Origin: Ctenodactylus gundi
Taxonomy: Eukaryota
NCBI GenBank assembly: GCA_048771875.1
Contig: CM109696.1
Location: 72,824,529 to 72,888,528, forward strand
Length of the DNA stretch: 64,000 nt
Reading direction: 5' to 3'
Shown piece by piece: positions 36,177-48,601 of the stretch. The notes under the pieces are model-generated. The model was given only the letters and a program-made list of their open reading frames with translations, was not told where the DNA came from and did not search any database. The stretch's first letter is position 1; every line of letters begins with the position of its first letter. Position numbers and translations under genes: made by a program.

Positions 36177-39100
36177 CTTTTTTCCCCACTGTTTTTATTA
36201 ATATACATATGTAATACATAGTGTTTACAATGAATTTGGGTATTTCATACACATATATATCATATTAATTTTACAATCCCTTCCCATATTTGACTCTCCC
36301 ACCATCTCCCTATCCTTTCCCCCAACTCCGGCTATCACCTCATGTGTTTCTATAGAATGTCTGTGTTCTGGGTTTTCCAAGTCAGAGAGACTGTACAGTA
36401 CTTAACATATTAATCTTCTGCACCTAAATCATTTCATTTAAGTCACCACTCTACCTCAGCTTCCTATTCCTCGAATGGGTTCACAGTCGTCAAATTTTTA
36501 TGCCTCTTCTCTGAATCCAACCAATCCCTTTATTGGGATATTTACCAAAAGTTTTTTTTTCTATATTTTGTAAATCTTAGTTGCTATTCTTAAACCTGGC
36601 CTTACCCACCAGTTCACATTAGAAAATAACTACAAGCATGTAGTTCAAAAGACTAGTAAATCTGGGAAAGAAGAAAAAAAAAGTTAAATTTCAAATGCCT
36701 TAGCTGAGTACTGGAAGGTACATGTTTGTACATTCACAGGGTTATCTTTACATAATCAGTTTTCTTAGGATAAATTTTCATCAGTGACCTACTAAGTGAA
36801 TTGCTACAGTAAAACAAAGTTAAAACTATATCACATTGCTACATTAAATGAACTTAAGTCTATACCACATAATTATACTTAAAGTAACAGATATGAAGGC
36901 AAATTTAGTTATTTCAGAATTTTTTAACTTTCATAACTTATTTACTCACACTTCACTGATTACTAACATTCTTCTAGGTTTGGTTTATAATTTAATCTGT
37001 CTATCCATCCATATATCTGTGCATTTATATTCTTAAGAGATTTTATGTCAGTTCCCCATGTTGCATTATTAATTATTTTATTTTACACACTACTATTATA
37101 ATAATAATGTAAGGAGATTTCACAGATTTTATAGAAGAACTGGTACTATTTTAAAAGTATATCAATCAGATGATTTAATTCCCAGTCTATTTTTTATTAC
37201 ATTTTCTCTTTAGATGTTACCTTTCCTCCAAGCTGTTTCGGTGCTGCTTATGTTTCTGCCTCTCAAAGAGGATAACCTCACATTCAACATCAAAAAAGTG
37301 AATTGCCTCATTCAACAAGCTGAAGACTTTATCAATTTGCTACATTAAATGGACTTACATCTGTATCACATAAGTGTGCTATATAGTTAAAGCAATAGAT
37401 AAATAGCTATGCTCAGTTATTTCGGATTTTTTTGACTTTCATACAATGATTACTCATATTTCACTAATTAACATTTTGCCCTATTTGGTTTTTCCTTTTA
37501 CCTATCAATTTGTCCCTAATTTCATGCAAAGCCTTACTTTTTTTCTCAGCTCATTCTCCTCTAGCTGTTGTTGCTTTTTCTCTGGGGTCATTGGTGTTGC
37601 TGGCCTCACTATCCTTTAAGTATTCTCTGCAATACTGGCCTAGTGGCTGCAAATTCCTTTAAGCTTTCTATATCATGGAAAGTCTTAATTTTACCCCTTA
37701 AATTAAAAGATAATTTTGCTGGATATAGCAGTCTTCGTTGGCATTTATGTTCTTTTAGTGCTTGGATGACATTGCTCCATGATCTCCTGGTTTTTAGAGT
37801 CTGGGTTGAGAAGTCTGAGAGTTATCCTGATGGGTTTATCTTTGTAGGTCACCTTCTGTTTTTCTCTTACCTCTTTTAGTATTTTCTTCTTGTTTTGGGT
37901 TTCTAGTATTTTAATTATGATGTGTCATGATGAGGATCTCTTCTGATCAAAGTTGTTTGGTGTTCTATATGCCTGCAATAGTTCCATGTTCATTTCTTTC
38001 CTTAGATTTGGGAAATTATCTTCCATAATTTCATTAAATATGTCCTAAACACCTTTTGTTTTGTCCTCAGTCTTCTCCTGTACTCCCGTAATTCTAGGGT
38101 AGTTTCTCTTTGAATCATCTATTAGCCGTTGTTTTTTTGTTGTTGTTGTTTTACTTTGTTTTTCCCCCACTATTTTTATTAATATACAAAAATAATACAT
38201 ATTATTTACAATGAATTTGGGTGTTTTGTACATCTATGTATCACATCGACTTCACAATCCCTTCCCATCTTCTGCCCTCCCACACCCTCCCTGTTCCTTC
38301 CCCTGGCTCCAGCTATCACTTCATATGGTTCCAAAGAATGTCTGTGTTCCTGGTTTTCCAAGTCCGAGAAACCATACGGTAACCATACGGTGTTTAACAT
38401 ATTAATCTTCTACACCTAAGTCATTTCACTTAAGTCAGCACTCTACCCCAGCTTCCTATTCCTCGAATGGGTTCGCAGTAGTCAAATCTTGATATCTCCT
38501 CTCTGAATCCAGCCAGTCCCTTCATTGGGATATTCACCAAAAGTTTTATTTCCACATTTTCCTACATCTTTGTTGTTATTGTTAAACCTGGCCTTACCCA
38601 CAAGTTCACACTAGAAAATAATTATAAGCATGTAGTTCAAAAGGATAGTTAATTTGGGAAAGAAGAAAAAAATAATAAATAAATAAATTTCAATTGCCTT
38701 AGCTGAATGCTGGAAGGTGCATGTTTGTACATTCACAAGGTTATCTTTGCATCAGTCAATTTTCTTAGGATAAACTTTAATTAGTGACCTAATAAGTGAA
38801 TTGCTACAACAAAACAAAGTTAAAACTATATCACATTGTTACATTAAATGAACTTAAATCTGTACCACATAAATATACTTGAAGTGACAGACATGAAGGC
38901 AAATCTAGTTATTTTCGAATTTCCTAACTTTCATATCTTATTTACTCATATTTCACTGATCACTAACATACTTTGTTCTTAGCTCCTTCTCCTGTAGCTG
39001 TTGTCACTTTTCCTCTGGGGTCATTGGTGTCACTGGTCTCCCTTTCACTGTCCAAGTTTCCTTTAAGTATTTTCTGCAATACTGGCTCAGTGGCTGCAAA

Positions 39101-40909
39101 TTCCTTTAAGCTGTCTCTGTCATGAAAAGTTTTAAGTTCTCCCTTTAAATTAAAAGATAATTTCACTGGATATAGCAGTCTTGGTTGGCATTTATGTTCT
39201 TTTAGTGCTTGGATGACATTGCTCCGCAATCTCCTTGCTTTTAGAGTTTGGATTGAAAAATTTGCCATTATCCTGATGGGTTTATCTTTGTAGGTCACCT
39301 TCTGTTTTTCTCCTACTGCTTTTTGTATTTTCTCTTGCTGTTGGGTTTCTAGAATTTTGATTATGATGTGTCATGATGAGGATCTCTTCTGATCAAAGTT
39401 GTTTGGTGTTCTATATGCCTGCAATAGTTCCATGTTCATTTCTTTTCTTAGATTTGGGAAATTGTCTTCCATTGTATCATTAAACATGTCCTTTAAGCCT
39501 TTTGTTTTGTCCTCAGTCTTCTCCTGGATTCCCATAATTCTGAGGTTATTTCTCCTGGAATCATCTATCAGCCGTTGTAATGATTCGCTTTCTTTATTTA
39601 CTTTGTATTCTTCATGGCCTGTATGTTGCAGCTTAGTCACTTTATTTTCTAAGTCTGCCATGCTATTCTGAAGTTGTTTAAAGTGGTTGCTTATTATCAC
39701 CTGCATGTTTTTCATTTCCTGAATATCTGCATTCAATTTTTCTATATCTGTATTGTGTTCTCCTCTAATTTCTTCATTATCTTCTGGTATATTTCTTCTT
39801 TGGTCTCCTCTTTTAGCTTTTCAAGGCTTGCATTTTGCTTAGCTATCTGTTGGTATAGCTCTTGTGCTGTTTTATTTCTTGTTTTATTTCCTCCTTTAAT
39901 TCAATGAATTTCTGGGCCCAGAAGTTACCATCATTTTTGCCATTTTCATCTTTAGATTCTGCAATGTCTAGGGTGTCAGGTCTTTTTGATTGATTGGCTG
40001 AGTTTTTGGAGAGTTTTAATTTTTGAGACAGGGTGCTCTGTATCCCAGGCTGGCCTTGAACATGTAGCACTTATCCTGGTTCAGCCTCTCAAATACTGAG
40101 ATTACAGTCATGTGCCACCACACCCAGCTTATGTGGTGCTGGGGAATCAAACCCAGGACCTTGTGATTACTAGGCAAGCTCTCCAACCACTGAGCTACGG
40201 CCCCAGCAGTGTCAGGTCTTTTTGTAGGAGATTTGTTACCACGTTTCCCCATGGTTCTGCTATCTCTGGCTCTCTCTGGTGCACAGGAAGGAAGGGTTTG
40301 GTGAAGGTGCATTCCTAGATGCCTGTGGAATCCTCTGGCCCAAGGGACAGACAAGGCAATAGAATTTCTGGTCCTAGATGCCTCTGGAGGCCTCTGGGGC
40401 TCAGGATTCACAGGGTGATGTAATTCCCTTGAAGCCTCTGGAAGCCTCTGATTCACGGGATGGATGGGCGATGGACTTCCTGGTCCTAGATGCCTCTGGC
40501 ATGCAGGGCAGCAGTGAACTGGAAGCCTCTGAAGCACGCCAGAGGAACGGGCCAGTGATCCCCCTTTTGGGGTATCTTGTTCCCCCTGGTCCACTCAGCA
40601 AAGCTCTCCATCTCTCCTGGCTTCCCTCCCCCAGGGCAGGGCTCTCCACCCTCTGAGGTGCCCCTGAGTCGTTCAGGGGATCAGCAGACTTTTTCCCCTC
40701 TTTTCTCCTCTTTCTGCCTCATGGGTCAGTTTCTTCCTAAGCACTGTTTAAGGGTGACCCCAAAAGCCCTGATGTACTCTTCTGAGCTCCTCTCTTTCCT
40801 AGCTACGTTGAACATGCATTTTCTAATTAAATTCTTGACTTTTTAAGTGGGTCGATAACAAGACCTTGTGCAGCTCTGTTCCTCAGCTGCCATCTTGGCC
40901 GAAAGTCCA
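36177..40909 (-). mobile_element. Dimeric HAL1-like ORF1-only L1 derivative. Copy 3 is full (element strand 5'UTR 40909.., ORF1 ~40240..38963, 3' region ..38160). It is followed by an A-rich linker and then copy 2, which is 5'-truncated (partial ORF1 38131..37545, 3' region ..36177, with an internal ~420-bp insertion/partial duplication at ~36950-37370).
   Basis: The - strand ORFs 38963..39298 (MTYKDKPIRIMANFSIQTLKARRLRSNVIQALKEHKCQPRLLYPVKLSF..), 39371..39736 and 40016..40594 are ORF1p. The same 3' region seen in copies 1 and 4 is present. A single 14-bp TSD, agaacatgtagtga, occurs at 36163-36176 and 40910-40923. Confidence 0.7.
40017..40207 (-). mobile_element. ID–B1 SINE nested inside ORF1 of HAL1-like copy 3, with its own TSD
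   Basis: ttttgagacagggtgctctgtatcccaggc ... ctctccaaccactgagctacggccccagc. It is flanked by gtgtcaggtctttttg at ~39973 and ~40210. Confidence 0.65.
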
Positions 40910-41029
40910 AGAACATGTAGTGATTTTTAAAGCAAAATTGAAGTCTAATGACTTGGGATCCCCTTTAGTCAGTATCCCTCCTCACTGTAGGATTGTGAAC
41001 TGATTAAACTTGTCCAAACCTCTCCCTTC

Positions 41030-41240
41030 GGGGCTGGAGGAATGGCTCAACAAACAGTTAAGGCCCTGAGTTCCATTCCCTAGCACCACATATACCCAGG
41101 CATTGTGCCTCATGCCTATAAACCCAGCACTTGGGAAGCTGAGGCAAGAAAATTGCCTTGAGTTGAAGGCCAGCATGAGCTACATAGTTAGTTCAGGACC
41201 AGCCTTGGCTATAGGGCAAGACCCTATCTCATAAAAAAGT
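41030..41240 (+). mobile_element. ID–B1 composite SINE
   Basis: ggggctggaggaatggctcaacaaacagttaaggccctgagttccattccctagcaccacatatacccaggcattgtgcctcatgcctataaacccagcacttgggaagctgaggc. Confidence 0.7.
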
Positions 41241-43235
41241 GAAAATATAAGCTTCTTCCTTCAAAACTTATTTCAGTGTTTTAGGGAAGATTTCATGAAT
41301 AATATATCTGAAAACAGCCTATTAACAATGATATGTACTAACAGAATGCTTTTTAAATTTGCTTATTTATCTTAATTCTTTTCACACAGGGTCTTGCTGT
41401 GTAATCTAGGCTGTTCCTGAACTCATTATGTAGCCCAGGCTGTCCTCAAACTCATAGTAATCCTGCCTCAGCCTCTGAGTGCTGATATTACAGGTGTGTG
41501 CCACCACACCCAACTTTTGTGGTTCTGGGAAATTAACTCAGGGCCTTGAACTTTTTAGGCAAGTGCTGTAACCGCAGTACTATTCATTCAACTGATTTTT
41601 TTTTTTTTACAGTGCTAAGAAGTTAGCCCAGGACCTCACATAGGCCAGGCAAGCACTCTACACTGCATACTTACTATTATTATCATACATTGCACTATCT
41701 GTGAGGTAGTTTCATTAATTTTATTTTTATTTATGTTTTCATTTATTTATTTTTCCAGTAACAGGAATTGAACATTGTACTTTGGCATTGAGCTGTATCC
41801 CAGTCCTTTCATTTTTTCATCTTGAGACAGTCTTGCTAAGTCACTGTGTTGCCAAGGCTGGGCTTGAATTTGAAATTCTTCCCCCTCAGTTTGCCAGAGT
41901 ACTGGGATTACAGGCATGTGCCATTATGCCCATCTTATTCATTTATTTTTGAGACAGAACCTGTACATATTGCTCCAGCTGGCCTCAAATAGCTAGACTC
42001 AAGCAGTCCTTCTGCCAGAGCCTGCTGAGTAGCTAGGACTATAGGCACATGTCACTATGCCTAGCTTTTATTAACTTTAATATACCACTAACAAATAACT
42101 GATCAAAAGCTTTGGGGAAGCTAGGCATGGTAGATGTCATGGTTTGTCGTGATGTCTCCCAAAAGCCTTATGTTCCTGTGTAGGTACTATGTACTGTTGG
42201 GAGGTGGGGCATGGCTAGAAGGGGAAGATGCTTGGTGCTTGACCTGGAAGGGCATGTGCTGTGTTGGTTCTACCCTTCCTCTCAGACTAGTCTCAGTTCA
42301 GACATGTTGCCCCGAGGATCTCTGTCTCTTGGAGTACTAGCTCTGGCTCTGACTGTAGCTGTGGCTCCACAATGTCATTCCACCATTTTCCAGCCACCTA
42401 CCTGGGAATGCAGTAAGACCACCTGAAACTGTATGCTAAAATAAATCTTTCCTCCCTGAAGTTGTGGATGTCGGGTATTGAGTCACAGTAACGAAAAAGT
42501 AACTAAGAAAATTGAGCACGTTGAACTCCTGTAATACCAGCACTTTGGAAGGCTAGGCAAGAGGATTGCAATTTTTTAGCCCAGTGTGTACAGTTCAGCA
42601 ACTTAGGTAGACCATATTTCAAAATACAAATATCAGGTAACTGGGACTGGTGGCATGAGTCTGTAATCCCAGCACTCTGGAAGGCTAAAATTGGGGAGAT
42701 AGCAAGTTTGAGTCCAGCCTGGGCAACTTAGCAACTTAGTGACACCCTGTCCCAAAATCAAAACTAAATAATGGTCTGGAATGTAAGCTGGTGTGAAGAT
42801 TTCAATTGGATCTCTAGTACCAAAATAAATAGAATAGGGCTGGAAGATTAAGTCAGCAGTGAAAGCACCTACCTAGCAAGCTCAAGACCCTGTGTTTCAT
42901 TTTCCAGCACCACATAAATTTGGAGTGGTGGTACATGCCTATAATCCCAGTACTTGGGAGGCTGAGGCAGGAGGATTGCCATTAGTTCAAGGTCAGCCTG
43001 GTTCCCATAATGAGTTCAGGATCACCCCAGACAAAAACCCTGTGTGGAGGATATAGCTCAGTATGAAGGTCCTGCATTCAGTTTCTAGTATAACCCCCCA
43101 CCCCCCAAGAGAATGATATCAAAAAACTCTGAATAGGAAAAAGCTTGATTTTTCTATCTTTTTGAGGAAATGTTTATGTAATATAAGTTTTGATATGTAG
43201 TAGTTCTAACACCTGTGTATCATTTCTACATACAG

Positions 43236-43396
43236 CTAATAAGAGATATGGTTAATGTCCGTGAAACTCATTTGTACAAGCCCAACCCACCACCTCTTGC
43301 CAAATACCGAGCTTTGAGATGCAAAATTGAGCATGTTGAACAGAATACTGAAGAATTTTCCAGGATTAGCAAAGAGATATTGCAAAATAATCAGAG
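43236..43396 (+). CDS. PARP4: PARP4 exon 10, encoding LIRDMVNVRETHLYKPNPPPLAKYRALRCKIEHVEQNTEEFSRISKEILQNNQ(R/S)
   Basis: Acceptor ctacatacag|CTA and donor CAGAG|gtaagc. The exon is 161 nt and ends in phase 2. It matches human LIRDMVNVCETNLSKPNPPSLAKYRALRCKIEHVEQNTEEFLRVRKEVLQNHHS. Confidence 0.85.
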
Positions 43397-43837
43397 GTAA
43401 GCATAAAAGCATTATCTTGGATCTTTGAAATTCTGTGAAGGAGCTAATGAGGACAATTACCTAGACAATATTAATACTTAGTAACAAGGTAGCTATGGTG
43501 TGGTGGTGAATTACTTGGGTTTATAGTAGGGCCCACAGTCGTGTTCTGTACTTGCAGGTCCTCTCTACTATTAAACACTGGTAGCGAGGTTGCCAAGTCT
43601 GGTTGAAGATTAGATTTTAAAATTTGAGAGGCTAAAGACACAGCTTAGAGTGCTTGCTTATCATCTAAAGGTGCTAGTTCAATCCTCAGCCCTGTCAAAA
43701 AGAAAAAAAATCAAAAGATTTTTGAGTCTATTTTAAAGGGTGTTATAGAGGAAAATCTCCTTAAATTAAGATTTAAACATGGGAGTATGAGTGTGCTAGC
43801 TTCTCGCATGACTCTTTTGTGGCATTGAAAAGCTAGG

Positions 43838-44400
43838 AAAAGGACTAGGGTATAGATCAGCAGTTAAAGCACTTATTGAGCAAGCACAAACAAGGTCCTG
43901 GTTCCATTCCCTAGTTCCCACATATGCTGACATAGTGGTGCATGCATGTAATCCCTGTACTCAGGAGGATGAAGAAATAGCTTAGTTGTTAAAGTGCCTG
44001 CCTAGCAAGCTGAAGACCTTGGGTTTGATTCCCCAGTAATTACCACATAAGCCTGGCATGGTAGTAGGATTTCCATTAATTTGAGGTCAGGTTGGGCTCC
44101 ATAGTAAGATCAGGACTAGCCTGGGCTACAGCGCGAGACACTGTCTCTTCTCTGTTTTTTTTTTTTTTTTTTTGGGGGGGGGGTTTGTTTGTTTGGTTTT
44201 GCTTGAGATAGGATCTCACTCTACAGCCCAGGCTAGTCCTGAACTCACTATGTAGACCAGGCTAGCCTTGGACTCACGGCAGTCCTCCTGCCTCAGGGCT
44301 GGGATTACAGGCGTGGGCAACCACACCTGGCTTTTAGGTGGTGCTTGGGAATTGAACTCAGGGCCAAGCACTCTAACCACTGTCCCATTCCTCCAGCCCT
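43838..44400. mobile_element. SINE cluster: two + strand ID–B1 copies at 43838-43975 and 43976-44148, and one - strand copy at ~44150-44400 with a T/G-rich head
   Basis: The sequence carries ..agcagttaaagcacttattgagcaagcacaaacaaggtcctggttccattccc.., ..gcttagttgttaaagtgcctgcctagcaagctgaagaccttgggtttgattcccc.. and, antisense, ..gagataggatctcactctacagcccaggctagtcc. Confidence 0.6.
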
Positions 44401-44766
44401 GATCCTGTCTCAAACAAAATAAATTTGGAATTTATTTTATTATTATTTATATTATTACATATTATTTAATCTGTATTACTGTTTGTGAACTGGTTGTATA
44501 TTGTTAGTAGCCTCAGTTGGCTGTAGTGGAAGGATTTGCACAATGGAAATGAGCAAATCCAGATGGGAGGGTAGTTGTTTTGAGAGATGATTTTCCAGTA
44601 CCTGCTAGAACCACACCCCCATGTTCCTCCCCTATAAACTAATTCAGACTGTTTTAAAATTTTATTCCTTTTGTCATTCATCCTCAAAATCCATTTCTGA
44701 TTCCTCTATGCACTACTAATATGGCTGTGGGGTCTTTTGTTGGTTTGGTTTGGTTTGATTTTTTTT

Positions 44767-45235
44767 AGCATCAAAGATTTGTGTTTTATTGTCACAATAC
44801 TGCTCAGGCTTTGACGGTGTTTTTGCGCAGAGGGTATAACTGTTCCGTTCACTGCTGCTTGTTGGTCTTCAGCTTCTCCTTGTGCTTATTAAGCCAGTGG
44901 CGCATGGCTCTAGTCTTTTTGGGCCTCAGGTTCAGTGGCTTATACTTTTTGCTCTTGTAAAATTTCCTGAAGTTTCTTTCTGAGTCTGGTTAATAACAGT
45001 GAGAACACTAGCAATATATTTGCAGACAACTTGGATCTTGGAAAGCTTGGGCTCCACCTGCCTGTTATTCTGGCAACCCTCAGCTGAGAAAGCCCCCCCA
45101 CCTTCTGGTCGTGCATCTATTTTAGCAGCTCCTGCTTCTTGCTGCAGAAGGCCCCAGTGTTAATCTTGGCCGAATCTACACAAGTGGCTGTCACTGCTGC
45201 CTGCTCAAAAGGAAGGGCTGCAGTTTTTTTAAATA
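44767..45235 (-). pseudogene. RPL35: Processed pseudogene of ribosomal protein L35 (RPL35), carrying a frameshift and a premature stop
   Basis: The reverse complement is intronless. It reads ..[59 protein letters not shown]. In a shifted frame it reads [44 protein letters not shown]. Compare RPL35 ..[63 protein letters not shown]. An AATAAA signal and an A-tract sit at the 3' end, seen as ttttttttagc at 44756 on the + strand. Confidence 0.7.
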
Positions 45236-47137
45236 GGATGTGTTAGTGTTTGACTTTTGATCTTGGTGTCTAATTAAGAGCCCGTCGACAGTGAAGGTGG
45301 AATCAGGAGAGAAGTTAAATGGCTTTCTCCAGAGGGAAAAGGGGGAGAAGAGCGGTGTAAGCCCTGGGGAGGGTGAGCTGCAGCTTAGCCATTTAATGCC
45401 ACCCAGGCAAGCTCTTGGTGGCTCATCTCCCTCTCATCTAAGCAGTAAAGTGTTTCTGCACTAGACATGCTCTTCTCTCAGGGAAAGATTTTGCTGCTCA
45501 AAATATTAGAATTACCTCACTTCATGAAAATAATTCCTTCACAAAAATTTTTCCTGATGTAAGATTAGTCTGTGGTGGTCAGTCTGACTGTTAGCTGGCG
45601 GACTTGAGAGCCCATTAGGGGATTAGTAAAGCATGATCTTTGTGTGTCTGTGTGGGTTGTGGGTGTGGCCTACGGGAGTGTGTCTTGTCCTTAGCCCTTT
45701 CATCTCTGGGTTCTTACCCTCTACTTGGCTTCTTAGCTCTGCTGCACCATGTCCTTCCACCACAGTGGTTCCTGCCTTGAAGGCAGCTAAAGATGGACTG
45801 AAACCTCTGAAAGCCAGGGCCAAATAATCCACTTCCTTCTTTAAGTTGTGTGTGCCAGGCATTTTGTGCTGGCAACATGAAAGCTAACCAATATGATGTC
45901 CTCTGCCAAAAAAAAAAAAAAAAACAATGTAGAAAATATGCATGTATTTTAACTATGAAGAAAGTTAAAACTCACCCAAAATCCCATGCAGAGATAATGT
46001 AATGATGGTTAACATCTGGTGTAGAACATACCCCAGATAGAATTGCTCTTGCTTAACCTCACTGTAGGAGCCAGCCAGTTCTCTGAAATGAATGTCCTGG
46101 TTGGTGACTATATTGGTTTCTGCATTATAAATATCCCTCTGTAGTAAGTGTCAAGGCATCAGAGGGACACCTCTGAGTGTGTGGTTGTATCGTATGCAAT
46201 GTGCATAGCCCATTGGCATGGCTAAGGTGGCAGCACCCATCTTCTTCCCAAATCTTCCCATTTTAGTTGGCCGCCTGGAATGACCCATGCTCTGTCCACT
46301 CTGCATCCAAGTGGCTTTCCTCAGGGACCTTCCTTTCATCCACGCCACAGCTGCCTTTGGTCTGCTGCCACATACTGCCTGCTGTAAACCCTTTCCTCTC
46401 CTTCCCATTTACCCATTTTTCTTTAACAACAAGATATATGTTAAAATACATGTATTATTCCATGCTCCAGTAAGTGTCATCTCTGAGGAGTGGTCTTCTT
46501 GACTACTCTTTCTCTGAACCTGGTTAGTTTCCTTTGTACCACATAAAACAAGATATTTTATAATTTTGTGTCATTATAATATAAGATCCAGGGATCATGC
46601 TCTCCCACTGCCAATGCCTAGGAAAGTATTGAACCAAACTATTTGTGGAATGGATGGGTGAATAGATGACCTCAATCTGTTTACACATATAAGTGAGTGA
46701 AATGGTATATATACTTGATTACATACTCTGTATTATATACATGACAGAATTTGAGATAACATCATGCACAAAGTTTTGTGATGTTTTAGGTTTCTGTAGG
46801 GATGTTTTTCCTACTGCTGCCTAGCCCTGTTGCTGGTAGTTAATGAAATTTTCCACAAGACCGTATCTTTTCTTTTTCTGATCATCATCAGTAATGGCTC
46901 AATAAAGCCTTTTATTTCAAAGAAAAGGTATTTTACTGTAATTTTTACATCCTACCTTTATTTTCTGTGAATGTGACTTTTTAAATAGCTACATGGTATT
47001 GCCAGAATGTATTGTGTTAGAACTCATTATGTGAACAGTGGATATTTGAGTTGCATTGAGGTTGCTTCAGTGAATAGTGATTTGTTTGGTTTGCTTCCAA
47101 TTATGTATTCTCAAGGTCTTTCTTCTAATTCTTACAG

Positions 47138-47275
47138 TAAAACTCCAGTAGACATCTTGCAGATATTTAGAGTTGGCAGAGTGAATGAAGCCACTGAGTT
47201 TTTGAGCAGACTTGGCAACGTGAGACCATTATTGCATGGATCTTCTGTACGAAATATTGTAGGAATCTTGTCTCG
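47138..47275 (+). CDS. PARP4: PARP4 exon 11, encoding (S)KTPVDILQIFRVGRVNEATEFLSRLGNVRPLLHGSSVRNIVGILS(R) and carrying the catalytic H-G-S motif
   Basis: Acceptor ttcttacag|T and donor TCTCG|gtaagg. The exon is 138 nt. It matches human SKSPVDVLQIFRVGRVNETTEFLSKLGNVRPLLHGSPVQNIVGILCR. Confidence 0.85.
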
Positions 47276-47479
47276 GTAAGGGGATGCTATCTTTATCTTT
47301 CAAAATTTCCAGCCTCACAGAAGTGAGGTGTTTACTTTCTTTACTCCTCTCTTAACTATGTAAGTCATTGATTCCTAGCACCACAGAAACAAACAACACA
47401 CTATATAGGTCTTCTCAGTTAAAAGCAACCAATTTAGTTTGTTCCAGAGAAAATTATTCTCTTCATAATGAAGTATGTT

Positions 47480-47700
47480 ATTTATTTATTCATTTTGAGA
47501 CAAGGACTTGCTCTATAATCCAGACTGGTCCTGAACTCACTATGAAGTTCAAGCTGGCCTTGGACTCAGGGCAATCCTTCCTCAGCCTCCCAAGTGCTGG
47601 GATTACAGGTGTGCACCACCACACCCAGCTTATGTCATGGTAAGGAATTAAACTCAGGGTCTTCAGCTTGCCAGGGAAGCATCCTATGAGAGTGCTACAG
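47480..47700 (-). mobile_element. ID–B1 composite SINE
   Basis: ttttgagacaaggacttgctctataatccagactggtcctgaactcactatgaagttcaagctggcc ... ggtgtgcaccaccacacccagc. Confidence 0.7.
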
Positions 47701-48115
47701 AGAGATCTGGATTGCTCCTTGAAGACATGGAGAAAAGGGGCTCTAGGTTTCATTACTCTGCTATGTAGATCTAATCTTAGGATACTCTGGTACTTAAAGG
47801 GAAAGGTCTAGACTAGAAATTAGTGTGTAGATACTGTGAGTTGTATTTATCCAAAGCATAACTTTAATTTTCTGTTTGCTTTGGATGACCATATATTAAA
47901 GCTAAAATTAAAGTCAAAGGGCTTGTAGGAATTATGAGCACATTTAGGTTCTAATTAAGTATTTATGAGGAAAGGAGGTTTTTAGGGGTTTTTTTGTGGG
48001 GGGAAGGGGGAGAAGACGTGTTCTTGCTCTTTAGTTCCTGCTAGTTCTGAACTCACTAGCCCAGGCTGGCCTTGTACTCCCAGCTGTCCTCCTGCCTCAG
48101 TCTCTTGAGCGCCGG

Positions 48116-48601
48116 TGTCTTAGTTACTTTTTCGTTGCTGTGACTCAATACCCAACACCCACAAATTTAGGAAAGGAAAGGTTTATTTTAGCTCACAGTT
48201 TCAGAAGTCACAGTCCATTCAGGGGTGGCCAGCAGCAATCGAAGTACGTGGCAGAGACAGAGGTGGAGGCAGCTTCTCAGGACATCACAAACAGGAAGGC
48301 AACTTGAGAGATGTTGAGACCAGTCCTAGTCCCAGTCCTCCTCTAGTCCTCCAAGGAAGGCAGGATGCAGCTTATATATCCTTCCAAGTCTCCACCCAGT
48401 GACTAGCCTCTCTTGCATCCACACTGTTAATCCCAACTTGCATGTCTTTAATCCTAACTTACACACCTTTAATCCTAACTTAACTGTAATCCACTCCTCC
48501 AGACTAGACCCCAGTCCACCAACATCACATGGTTCCATAGACAATCCATAACATTAAAATACATGAGACTTTTAGGGGACACTCCAGAGCCTAACCACAA
48601 C
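48116..48601 (+). mobile_element. MaLR-like solo LTR (ORR1/MT-type), copy B
   Basis: tgtcttagttactttttcgttgctgtgactcaatacccaacacccacaaatttaggaaaggaaaggtttattttagctcacagtttcagaagtcacagtcc ... aaccacaaca. It is homologous to 34229-34591. Confidence 0.45.
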
